DNA from: a virus | Length of the DNA stretch: 64,000 nucleotides | IMG/VR virus record: IMGVR_UViG_3300036893_000033 | Location: 1-64,000 of that record | Direction: 5' to 3' (one strand) | In this document: positions 1-9,005 of the stretch, in pieces | Layout of the letters: each line of letters starts with the position of its first letter | How positions within the stretch are numbered: the stretch's first letter is position 1 | Position numbers and translations under genes: made by a program | Notes under the pieces: generated by a model | Told to the model about the DNA's origin: nothing | The model's input: the letters and a program-made list of their open reading frames with translations, nothing else | Database searches by the model: none

Positions 1-286
1 AGCCACGGCGGGCGACAGCGGCACAGCCACGGCGGGCGACAGCGGCACAGCCACGGCGGGCGTCAGCGGCACAGCCACGGCGGGCGTCAGCGGCACAGCC
101 ACGGCGGGCGACAGCGGCACAGCCACGGCGGGCGTCAGCGGCACAGCCACGGCGGGCGACGGCGGCACAGCCATGGCGGGCGTCAGCGGCACAGCCACGG
201 CGGGCTACAGCGGCACAGCCACGGCGGGCGACAGCGGCACAGCCACGGCGGGCGTCAGCGGCACAGCCACGGCGGGCGTCAGCGGC
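1..286 (+). repeat. 24-bp coding tandem repeat, about 12 copies
   Basis: AGCCACGGCGGGC(GAC/GTC/TAC)AGCGGCAC repeated from base 1. Confidence 0.95.
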
Positions 287-430
287 GTAATTGCTATCCA
301 GTACTGGAACGGGAAGCGATACAAGACCAAGATCGCTCACGTAAAAGACGAGGATGGCGATGGGGAGTTGGAGCCGAACACGCCGTATCGACTGGATGAT
401 GGCGGTAATTTCGTTAAGGTTGCAAGGTAA
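2..430 (+). CDS. Phage protein with GxSGTATA octapeptide repeats (5' end outside window)
   Basis: Frame of ORF 173..430 is open to the window start; repeats are followed by IAIQYWNGKRY...LEPNTPYRLDDGGNFV. Confidence 0.75.
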   Translation, partial: ATAGDSGTATAGDSGTATAGVSGTATAGVSGTATAGDSGTATAGVSGTATAGDGGTAMAGVSGTATAGYSGTATAGDSGTATAGVSGTATAGVSGVIAIQYWNGKRYKTKIAHVKDEDGDGELEPNTPYRLDDGGNFVKVAR

Positions 431-433
431 ATT

Positions 434-649
434 ATGGAGGTGCCTGTGATTTCCCTGACAGTAAAGGCAACAATAAAAATCCCGACCGCACCAAATGCGC
501 TCCGACGCGCTGATGGCATTATGATGAAAGTCTGCGACTTCCCAGACGACAGCCTGAAGCAGATCGGCGCGGAGTGGACCAAGGCGCTGATCGCTAACGC
601 GGAACGGCAGCGGGCGCAACCAGACAGTAAGGGCTCTCCCTGTGGCTAA
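434..649 (+). CDS. Hypothetical protein
   Basis: 71-aa ORF directly after the upstream stop. Confidence 0.55.
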   Translation: MEVPVISLTVKATIKIPTAPNALRRADGIMMKVCDFPDDSLKQIGAEWTKALIANAERQRAQPDSKGSPCG

Positions 650-772
650 CAGCGTAGCTGGAACTGCGCATCCCGCGTGAGCTGCCGCGCCTCTGGGCAG
701 TAACGAGGTAAATTTTCGTGGATAAATTAAAGGGAATTATATACTTGACTCCCACAGCGAAATCAGCGGGTT

Positions 773-1771
773 ATGAATAGCCCGTTCCCCTATTTCGGAG
801 GGAAGCGCACGGTCGCGGCGGCTGTGTGGGCGCGGCTCGGATCGCCTGCGCAATACATCGAGCCGTTTTGCGGATCGGCAGCGGTTTTGCTGGCGTGCCC
901 GCGCCCGGCTGCGCTTGAAGTCGTGTGCGACGGGTCCGGCTTCATCGCCAATTTCTGGCGCGCGGTCAAGCATCAACCGGCTGCGGTTGCGGAGTGGGCG
1001 GATTACCCCGTATCGCACATTGACCTCGGCGCGCGCCACGGCTGGCTTATGGCGCAGCGGGATCGCATCGGCGCGGCAATGCAAGACCCGGACTGGGCAG
1101 GCGATGCCAAGGTTGCCGGTTGGTGGCTGTGGGGGCAATGCTGCTGGATCGGTTCCGGCTGGTGCGACTGGTTCGGCAAAATCCCGCATGCGAGCGATGC
1201 CGGGAGGGGCGTACAGGCGATAGGCAAAATCCCGCATGCGAGCGATGCCGGGAGGGGCGTACAGGCGATAGGCAAAATCCCGCATGCGAGCGATGCCGGG
1301 AGGGGCGTACAGGCGATAGGCAAAATCCCGCATGCGAGCGATGCCGGGAGGGGCGCAGACGCCTTGCTGACCTCCTGCGGGCGCACAGCATGGGCGTGGC
1401 TGCATCGGATCGCTGACAGGCTTGAGCGGGTGCGCGTGGTGCATGGTGACTGGTCGCGCTGCCTCAACAATCATTTCGGTGGTGACGACACGGCAGTATT
1501 CCTTGACCCGCCTTATAGGTCCTACGAGGCGCTCTACGGCAAGGCTGGCGCGGTTGCCGATGCGGTCGAAGCATGGGCGCGCGAGAACGAGCACCTGCGG
1601 ATCGCCCTATGCGGGCACCGTGACGATTACAAGCTGGCCGGATGGGACGCCGTGGAGTGGTCGCGCGGGCGGCTCACGTATTCGGGCGGCCAAACCACGG
1701 ATAGCGAGTGCGTCTGGTATTCGCCAGCTTGTCTCCCGGCAGTGCTCACGCAAGAAAGGCTTTTCGCATGA
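773..1771 (+). CDS. DNA adenine methyltransferase (Dam/D12 class)
   Basis: PFPYFGGK, YIEPFCGSAAV (motif I), FLDPPY (motif IV). Confidence 0.9.
   Translation: MNSPFPYFGGKRTVAAAVWARLGSPAQYIEPFCGSAAVLLACPRPAALEVVCDGSGFIANFWRAVKHQPAAVAEWADYPVSHIDLGARHGWLMAQRDRIGAAMQDPDWAGDAKVAGWWLWGQCCWIGSGWCDWFGKIPHASDAGRGVQAIGKIPHASDAGRGVQAIGKIPHASDAGRGVQAIGKIPHASDAGRGADALLTSCGRTAWAWLHRIADRLERVRVVHGDWSRCLNNHFGGDDTAVFLDPPYRSYEALYGKAGAVADAVEAWARENEHLRIALCGHRDDYKLAGWDAVEWSRGRLTYSGGQTTDSECVWYSPACLPAVLTQERLFA
1175..1355 (+). repeat. 48-bp in-frame tandem repeat, about 3.8 copies (GKIPHASDAGRGVQAI)
   Basis: Identical units start at 1175, 1223, 1271 and 1319. Confidence 0.95.
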
Positions 1772-2175
1772 GCGCCGTGGGAGTTAAGTATATAAGTCCC
1801 AAATTAAAGCCGCCCACCACCGCCCAGATCACCACCGAACTCATGCTGCGAATCCCTCGCGATATCCCTGGATGCCTGCACTGGCGGAATAATACTGGCG
1901 TAGCGCGCGCGGATAACAGGTTCGTTCCGTTTGGTATGGTTGGCAGTGCCGACATGCTCGTTGTATTGCCGCCGCGCGGTAGGCTCGCCGGGGTGGAAGT
2001 GAAAGGACCCGGCGACCGGCAGAGCGTGATCCAGGCCGCTTGGGAACTGGCAATACAGCGTGCAGGTGGGGTGTATGTTTTGGCTGAGAAGATCAAGTGG
2101 GGCGTTGGTGATCGGGGACGTTTGGTGCCTGACGTCTCCGGCGTGATTGCGCGGTTACGGGAGGCGTGCGGATGA
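1768..2175 (+). CDS. VRR-NUC family nuclease / Holliday junction resolvase-like protein
   Basis: WRNNTG...GSADML...GVEVKGPGDRQS..Q..W (PD-(D/E)xK); ATG overlaps the MTase TGA. Confidence 0.8.
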   Translation: MSAVGVKYISPKLKPPTTAQITTELMLRIPRDIPGCLHWRNNTGVARADNRFVPFGMVGSADMLVVLPPRGRLAGVEVKGPGDRQSVIQAAWELAIQRAGGVYVLAEKIKWGVGDRGRLVPDVSGVIARLREACG

Positions 2176-2264
2176 GCGACGATGCAGTGGGGCGGTTTCG
2201 ATATCTTCCGGTGCCTGATTTTCCGGCTTACAGGGTTCGCGATGACGGCGTGCCGTGCGTGTGA
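2172..2264 (+). pseudogene. Possible NUMOD4/HNH endonuclease N-terminal remnant (30 aa)
   Basis: MSDDAVGRFRYLPVPDFPAYRVRDDGVPCV* resembles the NUMOD4 start (PxPxFPxYxVxxxG). Confidence 0.4.
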
Positions 2265-2905
2265 TCATCGGTTGCGAAAAATCCGGGGTAGTGCGCCGTG
2301 CCTTCCGCGCACTCGGCCACGAGGCGTTCTCTTGCGACATCGAGCCATCCGAGGACGGCAGCCCGTTTCATTTTCAATGCGACATCCGGGATATTCCGAA
2401 AGGTGCCTGGCATCTGGGAATTTTTCATCCACCCTGCACCTACCTCACCCTGGCCGGCGCCCGCTGGCTGTACCAGAACGGCAGGGGTAAGATCAGAGAC
2501 CAACAACGATGGTTTGATATGGAAGCGGCTGCGATGTTCTTCAACGAGTTACTGTCGCTGGATATTCCGCGCATCTGTATTGAGAACCCGGTGATGCACG
2601 GGCACGCAAAAGAGCGTATCCTGAGTCCGTACAACCAAATCGTGCAGCCATATTTTTTCGGACACCCGGAGACCAAGAAAACCTGTCTTTGGCTGAAGGG
2701 GTTGCCGCCGTTGGTGGCGACAAAGATGATTCCTCCTGATTTTGTACGGTGGCCGAAGGGTCGCGGTAACGGCTACGAGCCGAAGTGCCACTACGAGTCC
2801 CCTGGCGCGGATCGGGCGGCGAACAGGTCGAGAACGGTTGTCGGTTTGGGTGAGGCAATGGCGGAGCAGTGGGGAACTTATGGGGATCCGGGAGCGGGAG
2901 AGTAA
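2255..2905 (+). CDS. Phage DNA cytosine methyltransferase-like protein
   Basis: MRVIIGCEKSG..RRAF...SCDI, HPPCTYL, IENPV, QPYFFGHPETKKTCLWLKGLP. Confidence 0.8.
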   Translation: MRVIIGCEKSGVVRRAFRALGHEAFSCDIEPSEDGSPFHFQCDIRDIPKGAWHLGIFHPPCTYLTLAGARWLYQNGRGKIRDQQRWFDMEAAAMFFNELLSLDIPRICIENPVMHGHAKERILSPYNQIVQPYFFGHPETKKTCLWLKGLPPLVATKMIPPDFVRWPKGRGNGYEPKCHYESPGADRAANRSRTVVGLGEAMAEQWGTYGDPGAGE

Positions 2906-2986
2906 GTCGGAGAACGGCTGGTATTGCCGGGGGTGTTGGGATGCGGCGGGGTGGATTTGATGCCAACGACTATCGACTGAAAGCCG

Positions 2987-3202
2987 ATGCCCCGCACCGT
3001 CTACCCCGCAGTGACCACCAAGGTCCGCCGCCACCTGGCAACCGGGAAGCTCAGCTACCGCCAGATCGCCCGGATGTGCGGCGTGTCCGATTCCTACGTG
3101 CGTGAGATCGAGAAACGCGACAGGCTGGTAACGATGGACCTGAGCGGCCAGTGGATATCGCCAGTGGGCAGTGGGCTAACTGACCAGCTATCGGGCCGTT
3201 AG
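2987..3202 (+). CDS. Helix-turn-helix DNA-binding protein
   Basis: LSYRQIARMCGVSDSYVREI. Confidence 0.7.
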   Translation: MPRTVYPAVTTKVRRHLATGKLSYRQIARMCGVSDSYVREIEKRDRLVTMDLSGQWISPVGSGLTDQLSGR

Positions 3203-3390
3203 TGCGGAGATTGCATCCGCCAGCAGCGCAGGGGTTACACCCCCAGACCTGACCACGCCCCGCCATCCCTGACCGCCAGCGGTCAATAACCCACAACTTT
3301 CGCCTTATCTTCCCCGTTTCTTCCCATTATTAACGGCCAACAACGTGCTCACCTGTATCGGTCACCGCAGGTCGGAGCGGGCCTCTGGTG

Positions 3391-3415
3391 ATGCTGTCCA
3401 GACTCTGGACAGCAT
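3391..3415. promoter_or_regulatory. Perfect palindrome (operator/parS-like), copy 1
   Basis: ATGCTGTCCAGA-C-TCTGGACAGCAT; core repeated at 45469-45485. Confidence 0.6.
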
Positions 3416-3436
3416 TTCCACCATGGAGGGCAGTAA

Positions 3437-4051
3437 ATGCCTACAGCAGCAAAGATAGAAGATAAATGTCAGCTACCGGCATTCGCAGTAAAGATAGCGA
3501 TCTACGACCATTCGACCCCACAGGAGACCTCACGCGCCATCGACGCCGTGTGCGCCGCCATGTCCCGTCAGGAGGCTTCAGCGGAGCGCCTGCGGGTCCT
3601 GCTGGGCCGCCTGCTGGTCCACGTACAGGATCAGCGTTTGTTCGAGCCGGAGTATTCCAGCTTTGAGCTTTTCACGCAGTCCGTGACCGAGCGACACCGG
3701 ATGTCGCGGGCCACGCTGCGGGAGGCGCTCATGATCGCGCGCCGGTTGCCCGGGATCACGCCTGAGCAGGCAGAGGATATCCCGATGACCTCACTGGCGC
3801 TGGTGGCGCGGGCGGCCAAGAACGCCGATCCTCGGGCGGTTTCGGGGATGTTGCGTCACGCGGCTAACCACTCGGTCGCGGAGGTCCGCGAGCATACGAT
3901 GGGACTGGTGCCGCAAAAGAAGCAGAACGGCGTCATTATCCGCCTCATGGTTACGGCGGCGGTGGCGAAGCGGTGGAAGGCACTGGCCGGGGATGACGCA
4001 GGGGCGGCGTTTGCGGCGCTCGTGATGGGTGGGGTGGCTAAGGCGGCGTAA
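3437..4051 (+). CDS. Hypothetical protein, possibly DNA-binding
   Basis: 204-aa ORF with GGAGG RBS, directly downstream of the palindrome. Confidence 0.7.
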   Translation: MPTAAKIEDKCQLPAFAVKIAIYDHSTPQETSRAIDAVCAAMSRQEASAERLRVLLGRLLVHVQDQRLFEPEYSSFELFTQSVTERHRMSRATLREALMIARRLPGITPEQAEDIPMTSLALVARAAKNADPRAVSGMLRHAANHSVAEVREHTMGLVPQKKQNGVIIRLMVTAAVAKRWKALAGDDAGAAFAALVMGGVAKAA

Positions 4052-4099
4052 ACAGAAGCGGCGTAGTATTTTATAAAGCAGTCACCGCTATAGGTTGTG

Positions 4100-4135
4100 G
4101 GCCACGGACTAAAACCCGTGGCCTTTTTATTTTTT
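4100..4135 (+). terminator. Rho-independent terminator
   Basis: GGCCACGG-ACTAAAAC-CCGTGGCC followed by TTTTTATTTTTT. Confidence 0.8.
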
Positions 4136-4279
4136 GCGGTTTTTTATTTACATGGCGACTGGCTTCGTGATACGTTATCCTTGTCCGCCAGGGGTCATGT
4201 CCTGCGGCAGCGCGGCGAGCGACCCGAGGGCCACCCTCCTGGTTCCGGGTCGCCCGCGCACCAAATTGGAGGGTTAATT

Positions 4280-4822
4280 TTGACAGCACAAGAAGCAGCA
4301 TCAGCAGCCTTAAGCCCTGCATTGACTGAGATCGGCCAGCGCATTGTCTGGGACGATCACCAGAACGACCACTGCACGACTGACCCGATCTTCTTTGTCC
4401 AGCAGCGGAAGCGGATTTACGGGATCGAAATGGACTACGACCAGCAGATCGTCTGGCTCCACGGCGATGAGTATACGGAACTTGGGCCGGAGCAGTCCGC
4501 GATAGCAGAGGAGTATTTTGGGGAGTGTGGGCGGGGGCCTGCGTTTATCGCGGACGGCGTGGCTTACGGCGCACTGCACGAGGCCGACCCGAACGCTGCC
4601 ATGGACGCGGTGGAGGCTCCTGACTACGTATCCAATCTCCGCCGCCTTGGCTACATCGATATCTGGGAATTTGTTCAGCCGTTCTTCACCCGCCAGGGCG
4701 CGGAGGCGTACATCAAGTCACAGGCGCACCGCCTGACAGACCCGCGCGTTTATGTGGCGTCGGCGTATCGGAATCCTGAGTGGCAGGGTGTGCGGGAGTG
4801 GCTGAAGGCGGATGCGTTGTGA
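4280..4822 (+). CDS. Conserved phage hypothetical protein
   Basis: TTG start after GGAGG; QNDHCTTDPIFFVQQRKRIYG...WEFVQPFFT...YRNPEW resembles a common phage family. Confidence 0.65.
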   Translation: MTAQEAASAALSPALTEIGQRIVWDDHQNDHCTTDPIFFVQQRKRIYGIEMDYDQQIVWLHGDEYTELGPEQSAIAEEYFGECGRGPAFIADGVAYGALHEADPNAAMDAVEAPDYVSNLRRLGYIDIWEFVQPFFTRQGAEAYIKSQAHRLTDPRVYVASAYRNPEWQGVREWLKADAL

Positions 4823-5004
4823 GCGATAATGCCTGCGTAGTTACTCCATCCAGCCCCGCCACCGCCTGGCTCTGGTTCGCCAGCACCCTTGAGCGCGTAC
4901 CCGACGGGTTGAGCGAGGAGAGCGTTAAGCGTCTGGCGGATCTGCGCTTGCATGCCCTGGAGATGGCGGGGGAGGCGGCGACACTGAAGGGTATAAAAGC
5001 ATGA
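4819..5004 (+). CDS. Small hypothetical protein
   Basis: GTGA and ATGA overlaps with both neighbours. Confidence 0.5.
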   Translation: MSDNACVVTPSSPATAWLWFASTLERVPDGLSEESVKRLADLRLHALEMAGEAATLKGIKA

Positions 5005-5096
5005 CACACGGTTCCCTGTTCGCAGGCATCGGTGGCTTTGATCTTGGTTTTGAGAGGGCAGGGATAAGAACCTCATGGCAGGTTGGGACCGAATGA
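5001..5096 (+). pseudogene. Truncated C5-cytosine methyltransferase (motif I only)
   Basis: MTHGSLFAGIGGFDLGFERAGIRTSWQVGTE* is a canonical Dcm N-terminus that stops after 31 aa. Confidence 0.8.
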
Positions 5097-5701
5097 CCGA
5101 CCTGCGGGTGATCGAGGACATCAAGCGACTGGTCAGGCTACCTGCCTTCATCGGCCAGTACGTAAGTCTGCGCAAGGTCGGAGGCCGATACACGGGGCTG
5201 TGTCCGTTCCATAAAGAAAAGTCCCCAAGTCTATCAGTACACGATAATTACTACAAGTGCTTTGGTTGCAGCGCCAAGGGCGATGTCCTTACATTTTACC
5301 AGGAGATCAATTCCGTCAACTTCTCCGATGCAGTTAAGGCGCTGGCTGAATACGCGGGCGTCTCTCTCGACCCCCGCAGGCCCATGCCCCGCGCCGCACA
5401 GCACGCCGCCCGCGAGGATGCCGCTGTATCGGCCTGGTGGTGGGCGCGGCGGCGTCAGTGCGTCATAGACGCCACCTGCGTGGCGTTTAACGACGAAGAC
5501 GAGGAGTTCGCCGAATGCTGTGGCAGACTAAGGCGGTGGATCGAAGCCATGTCGCCCGCCGACCGCGTTAACCAGTGGCTCTGCCACGGCACGGCAGCGG
5601 AGAGGCGGGAGTATCGTCAGGAGATGGCGGATAAAGATGGCTGGCTGGCTGAGATGCAGGGGATGTGGGTAACGGCGCTGGCGGAGGATACGGCGGCGTG
5701 A
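5093..5701 (+). CDS. CHC2 zinc-finger protein (primase N-terminal-like, no evident TOPRIM)
   Basis: GLCPFHKEKSPS...YKCFGC...GDVLTF...F.DAVK.LA. Confidence 0.85.
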   Translation: MTDLRVIEDIKRLVRLPAFIGQYVSLRKVGGRYTGLCPFHKEKSPSLSVHDNYYKCFGCSAKGDVLTFYQEINSVNFSDAVKALAEYAGVSLDPRRPMPRAAQHAAREDAAVSAWWWARRRQCVIDATCVAFNDEDEEFAECCGRLRRWIEAMSPADRVNQWLCHGTAAERREYRQEMADKDGWLAEMQGMWVTALAEDTAA

Positions 5702-6480
5702 CGCATACACTGGAGTGCGGCGACTGCCTGGAGTTGATGAAGGAGATTCCGGCGGGGTCGGTGGATATGGTGCTGTGCGATCTGCCCTATGGGACGACGC
5801 AGAACAAGTGGGATAGCGTGATTCCGTTTGAACTGTTGTGGAAGGAGTATCGGCGGGCCTGCAAGAGGAATGCGGCAATGGTGTTCACGGCGATTCAGCC
5901 GTTTACAAGTGCGCTGGTGATGAGCAATCCAGGGATGTTCAAGTATGACTGGACATGGCGGAAACCAAAGGGTACCGGGCACCTGAATGCAAAGAAGCAG
6001 CCGTTGCGTGACAAAGAGGACATTATAGTTTTTTATGAAATACAGCCTGCCTACAATCCCCAATGGGGCAACGGCGAGCCTTATAACGGAAATTCACGGA
6101 TTGGCAAGAAACAGCAGACCAGTAATTATGGAACCTATGAAGCTGTCAGAGAAGATAGCGACGGAAGACGATACCCAAAACAGGTAATTGAATTTAATGT
6201 TGTGGGTGTTGGCGGCGAGCACCCCACCCAAAAACCAGTAGCCCTCTTCGAGTACCTCATCCGCACCTACACCAACCCCGGCGAAAATGTTCTCGACAAC
6301 TGCTGCGGTTCCGGCACAACCGGCGTAGCCTGCGCCAACACTGGCCGCTCCAGCATCCAGTTCGAGTTATCCCCGGAGTACGTGGCTATCGCCCGCAGGA
6401 GATTGGATCAGGCACTAAACCCCACCAGTGAAACAGGACAGGCGGCGCTGTTCACACAGTCCGAGGCCACCCCCGCGTGA
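5698..6480 (+). CDS. DNA N6-adenine/N4-cytosine methyltransferase (beta class)
   Basis: GDCLELM, CDLPYG, HPTQKPVAL, VLDNCCGSGTT. Confidence 0.92.
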   Translation: MTHTLECGDCLELMKEIPAGSVDMVLCDLPYGTTQNKWDSVIPFELLWKEYRRACKRNAAMVFTAIQPFTSALVMSNPGMFKYDWTWRKPKGTGHLNAKKQPLRDKEDIIVFYEIQPAYNPQWGNGEPYNGNSRIGKKQQTSNYGTYEAVREDSDGRRYPKQVIEFNVVGVGGEHPTQKPVALFEYLIRTYTNPGENVLDNCCGSGTTGVACANTGRSSIQFELSPEYVAIARRRLDQALNPTSETGQAALFTQSEATPA

Positions 6481-8051
6481 TCCCCGGCGAGGACACCCCC
6501 ACCACAGATCCCGACGCCACAGAACCATCCACACACAAACCCACCACGCCGCTCGCCTTCAGGGTCGCCAGTGCGATCCTGGCCGGCGTCGAAGCCTGCT
6601 ACGAGCCGGAACTTGCACGCCTGTTCGCCTGCGCCTACCTGCAGCGCGGGGAATCCGTCCTGGAGGCCGACGAACTTGAGGCAAAATTAAAATCCAGGTT
6701 CGGCAAGGATTTCAACCTTCACCGGTTCCGTAAGGGAGTCAAGGCGATTCAGGAGCAGATAGCGGCGGAAGCGCGACCCGTTTCCGGTTCGGACTGGACC
6801 TCAAAGCTAATCCGCAAACCGCCCTCTTTCACTCAGGCTGCCCCATGCGTCACCAACGCCCTCCTTTATTTCGACAACCACGAAGCGTGGGCGGGAAATC
6901 TGAAATGGAACGAGTTTACGGGTGAGCCGCTTGTGACGGGCGACCTGCCCATCGGGCTTGCCGCCGGAGAGCCTGTCCGCGATCATCACGACACGCTCGT
7001 GCAGTCGTGGTTCGAGCGCGAGACGCAGGACTACAAATGGACAATCGACACCGTGCGGCGGTCAGCCGACTGCTGGGCTAAGGCGAACAGTTTCCATCCC
7101 GTCAAAGACTACCTGAACGGACTTCCAGCCCATGACGGCGTGCCGCGCCTTGAAACATGGCTACAGCGGCTCTGTGGCGCAGGCCCCAGCGAATCCAACG
7201 ACTCCGATGATGCAATCGCACTGAATAACTTCATCTCGGCTATCGGAGTGCGCTGGTGGATATCGATGATAGCCAGAATCTTCGAGCCAGGCTGCAAGGT
7301 TCACCATGTGCTCGTGCTTGAAGGGGCTAAAGGCATCGGGAAAACGACCCTGGCTGAGATCATTTTCGGAGAATGGTACGCCGTCATCGTGGGCGATGTC
7401 ACCAGCAAAGACAACCAGGCGCTTCTGAGCGCGGGCCTCTGGGGTGTTCTGATGGACGAACTGGACGTTCTCGGAAAGTCAGAAATGCGCTCGATTAAGT
7501 CATGGGTAACCCGCGACTTCGAAAAGTTCCGGCCCACCTGGGGCCATCGCCACGAAAAGCGCCCTCGCCAGTGCGTGTTTATCGCAACCGTGAACGGCGA
7601 CGATTGGGCGCTCGAAGAGGACCGACGATGGTGGCCGGTGGCGTGCAAGAAGGCGTTCGATCTGGACGGCCTGCGCGCGGAACGCGACCTGCTGATGGCT
7701 GAGGCGCTGCACCGCTATCGGGACGGCCAGCGCTGGTACCTGCACCCGGATGAGGATAGGGAGTTGATCGTAACCGCCAGGCAGGAGCAGTCCACGCGCG
7801 TAACTGAGAACGTTAACGCGGTAAGCTTTCTGTCGGCGGCCCACGCCTGCGCGGGGCTTTCGCATGAGTTCCCCGGAACATGCTCCGTGGAAGAAATTAT
7901 GAATAACCTCAAGGTGCCGCTTGGCAGGGAACGCTTCAGTCTTGCCCCGCAATGCGGAAAGGCGCTCACGCAGTCCGGCTGGAAGCGCGAGCGCCCACGC
8001 GGAGACGACGGCGTGCAGAGGGTCAGATACCGGAAACCGGATAAAGCCTAG
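6477..8051 (+). CDS. VapE/VirE family helicase
   Basis: FHPVKDYL, PGCKVHHVLVLEGAKGIGKT (Walker A), MDELD (Walker B), RQCVFIATVN, DRRWWPV. Confidence 0.9.
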   Translation: MIPGEDTPTTDPDATEPSTHKPTTPLAFRVASAILAGVEACYEPELARLFACAYLQRGESVLEADELEAKLKSRFGKDFNLHRFRKGVKAIQEQIAAEARPVSGSDWTSKLIRKPPSFTQAAPCVTNALLYFDNHEAWAGNLKWNEFTGEPLVTGDLPIGLAAGEPVRDHHDTLVQSWFERETQDYKWTIDTVRRSADCWAKANSFHPVKDYLNGLPAHDGVPRLETWLQRLCGAGPSESNDSDDAIALNNFISAIGVRWWISMIARIFEPGCKVHHVLVLEGAKGIGKTTLAEIIFGEWYAVIVGDVTSKDNQALLSAGLWGVLMDELDVLGKSEMRSIKSWVTRDFEKFRPTWGHRHEKRPRQCVFIATVNGDDWALEEDRRWWPVACKKAFDLDGLRAERDLLMAEALHRYRDGQRWYLHPDEDRELIVTARQEQSTRVTENVNAVSFLSAAHACAGLSHEFPGTCSVEEIMNNLKVPLGRERFSLAPQCGKALTQSGWKRERPRGDDGVQRVRYRKPDKA

Positions 8052-8076
8052 CGGAGCGTGGCCTGGGTGGCCGCAG

Positions 8077-8529
8077 TCAGCGTCGGCCCGCAGCCAAGCG
8101 CTCCCATTCCCAGCGATCCTTACGGCATTCGCTGAGCGCTTTCTCTGCCGCGTCTTTCTCGATTCGGAGCGTCTGGATCTCTGCCGCCATCAGGTCAATG
8201 GCCGAAGGCGGGTCGGTCCATGCGTAGTTCGGGAATAACGATGCGTACCGGGCGAGCAGCACCGTGGATATATCGGTGAGCAGACCACGTAGTTCCCGCA
8301 CTTCGGCCATGTATTGAGGTGATACGGGGGCATCCGAAAATTGCGATATTGTCTTATCAAACCCTTCCCCGCAGCATTTCTGGCAAGGTTGCACGCCATG
8401 GAATATCTGGCCGAGATACGTTCCCTTGCCGCCGCAAGCGGGACATATCAGAACGGACGATTGAGTTTCCGGGCGATGCAATCTGCCGTGCCTGTCCTGC
8501 GCCCCTTCGGGCGTATTAAGCTCCCTCAT
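8077..8529 (-). CDS. Hypothetical protein with DnaJ-type CxxCxGxG zinc-finger motifs
   Basis: CPACGGKG...CQKCCGEG. Confidence 0.6.
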   Translation of the reverse strand: MRELNTPEGAQDRHGRLHRPETQSSVLICPACGGKGTYLGQIFHGVQPCQKCCGEGFDKTISQFSDAPVSPQYMAEVRELRGLLTDISTVLLARYASLFPNYAWTDPPSAIDLMAAEIQTLRIEKDAAEKALSECRKDRWEWERLAAGRR

Positions 8530-8734
8530 AAGGATCTCCCAATGTCCTGCTTTCTTTAGCCTGGCGCGGCGGGCGGAAGAGGCTCTGCTTGCGGCGGTCG
8601 GCCAGGGAGCGTTCCAGTTCGGCAATCAGGTCCCGGCTGTGCTGACGGGCGAATATCATGCGTTGCAGTGAGGCGTAAGCAATATCAGCGTCAGGCAGGG
8701 ATATCAGGCCTAAGTCTTTGGGTACATTACTCAT
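8516..8734 (-). CDS. Hypothetical protein
   Basis: 72-aa ORF in leftward gene string. Confidence 0.55.
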   Translation of the reverse strand: MSNVPKDLGLISLPDADIAYASLQRMIFARQHSRDLIAELERSLADRRKQSLFRPPRQAKESRTLGDPYEGA

Positions 8735-8789
8735 GAGTGTCCTCGGTTGTTCTCAATTTCTTCGATGCGGGCTATCGGCAGATGGTGGT

Positions 8790-9005
8790 TCACGCCCGCC
8801 ACCCCGCGAACCGGCAACTCCGCCCGTGCGGCTCGCCGAGATCGATGGACGCTCCGCAATCGGAGCAGACGGGCCTATCAGCGCCTGTGTAAATTCCGCG
8901 TCCTCGTTCGGGTGGCGGATCGGCCGCCGAGCGGTCGTGAAGCCAGAAGCCGACGGCGAGCGCGACGGCGGCGACAGCGCAGGCGATGAAAAATGATTCA
9001 AGCAT
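8790..9005 (-). CDS. Small membrane-anchored zinc-finger protein
   Basis: Hydrophobic N-terminus FFIACAVAAVALAVGFWL; CSDC...H...C. Confidence 0.5.
   Translation of the reverse strand: MLESFFIACAVAAVALAVGFWLHDRSAADPPPERGRGIYTGADRPVCSDCGASIDLGEPHGRSCRFAGWRA

Larger units (their letters stand above)
732..1800 (+). mobile_element. Non-autonomous IS1595-type cassette carrying a DNA adenine methyltransferase
   Basis: TIRs 732-759 (GGGAATTATATACTTGACTCCCACAGCG) and 1773-1800 (revcomp GGGACTTATATACTTAACTCCCACGGCG), 25/28 identical; TSD AAATTAAA at 724-731 and 1801-1808; no transposase inside. Confidence 0.9.

Noticed and set aside
2255-6480. Other methyltransferases as further IS1595-type cassettes
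   Set aside because: No matching TIRs or 8-bp duplications seen around 2255-2905 or 5698-6480.
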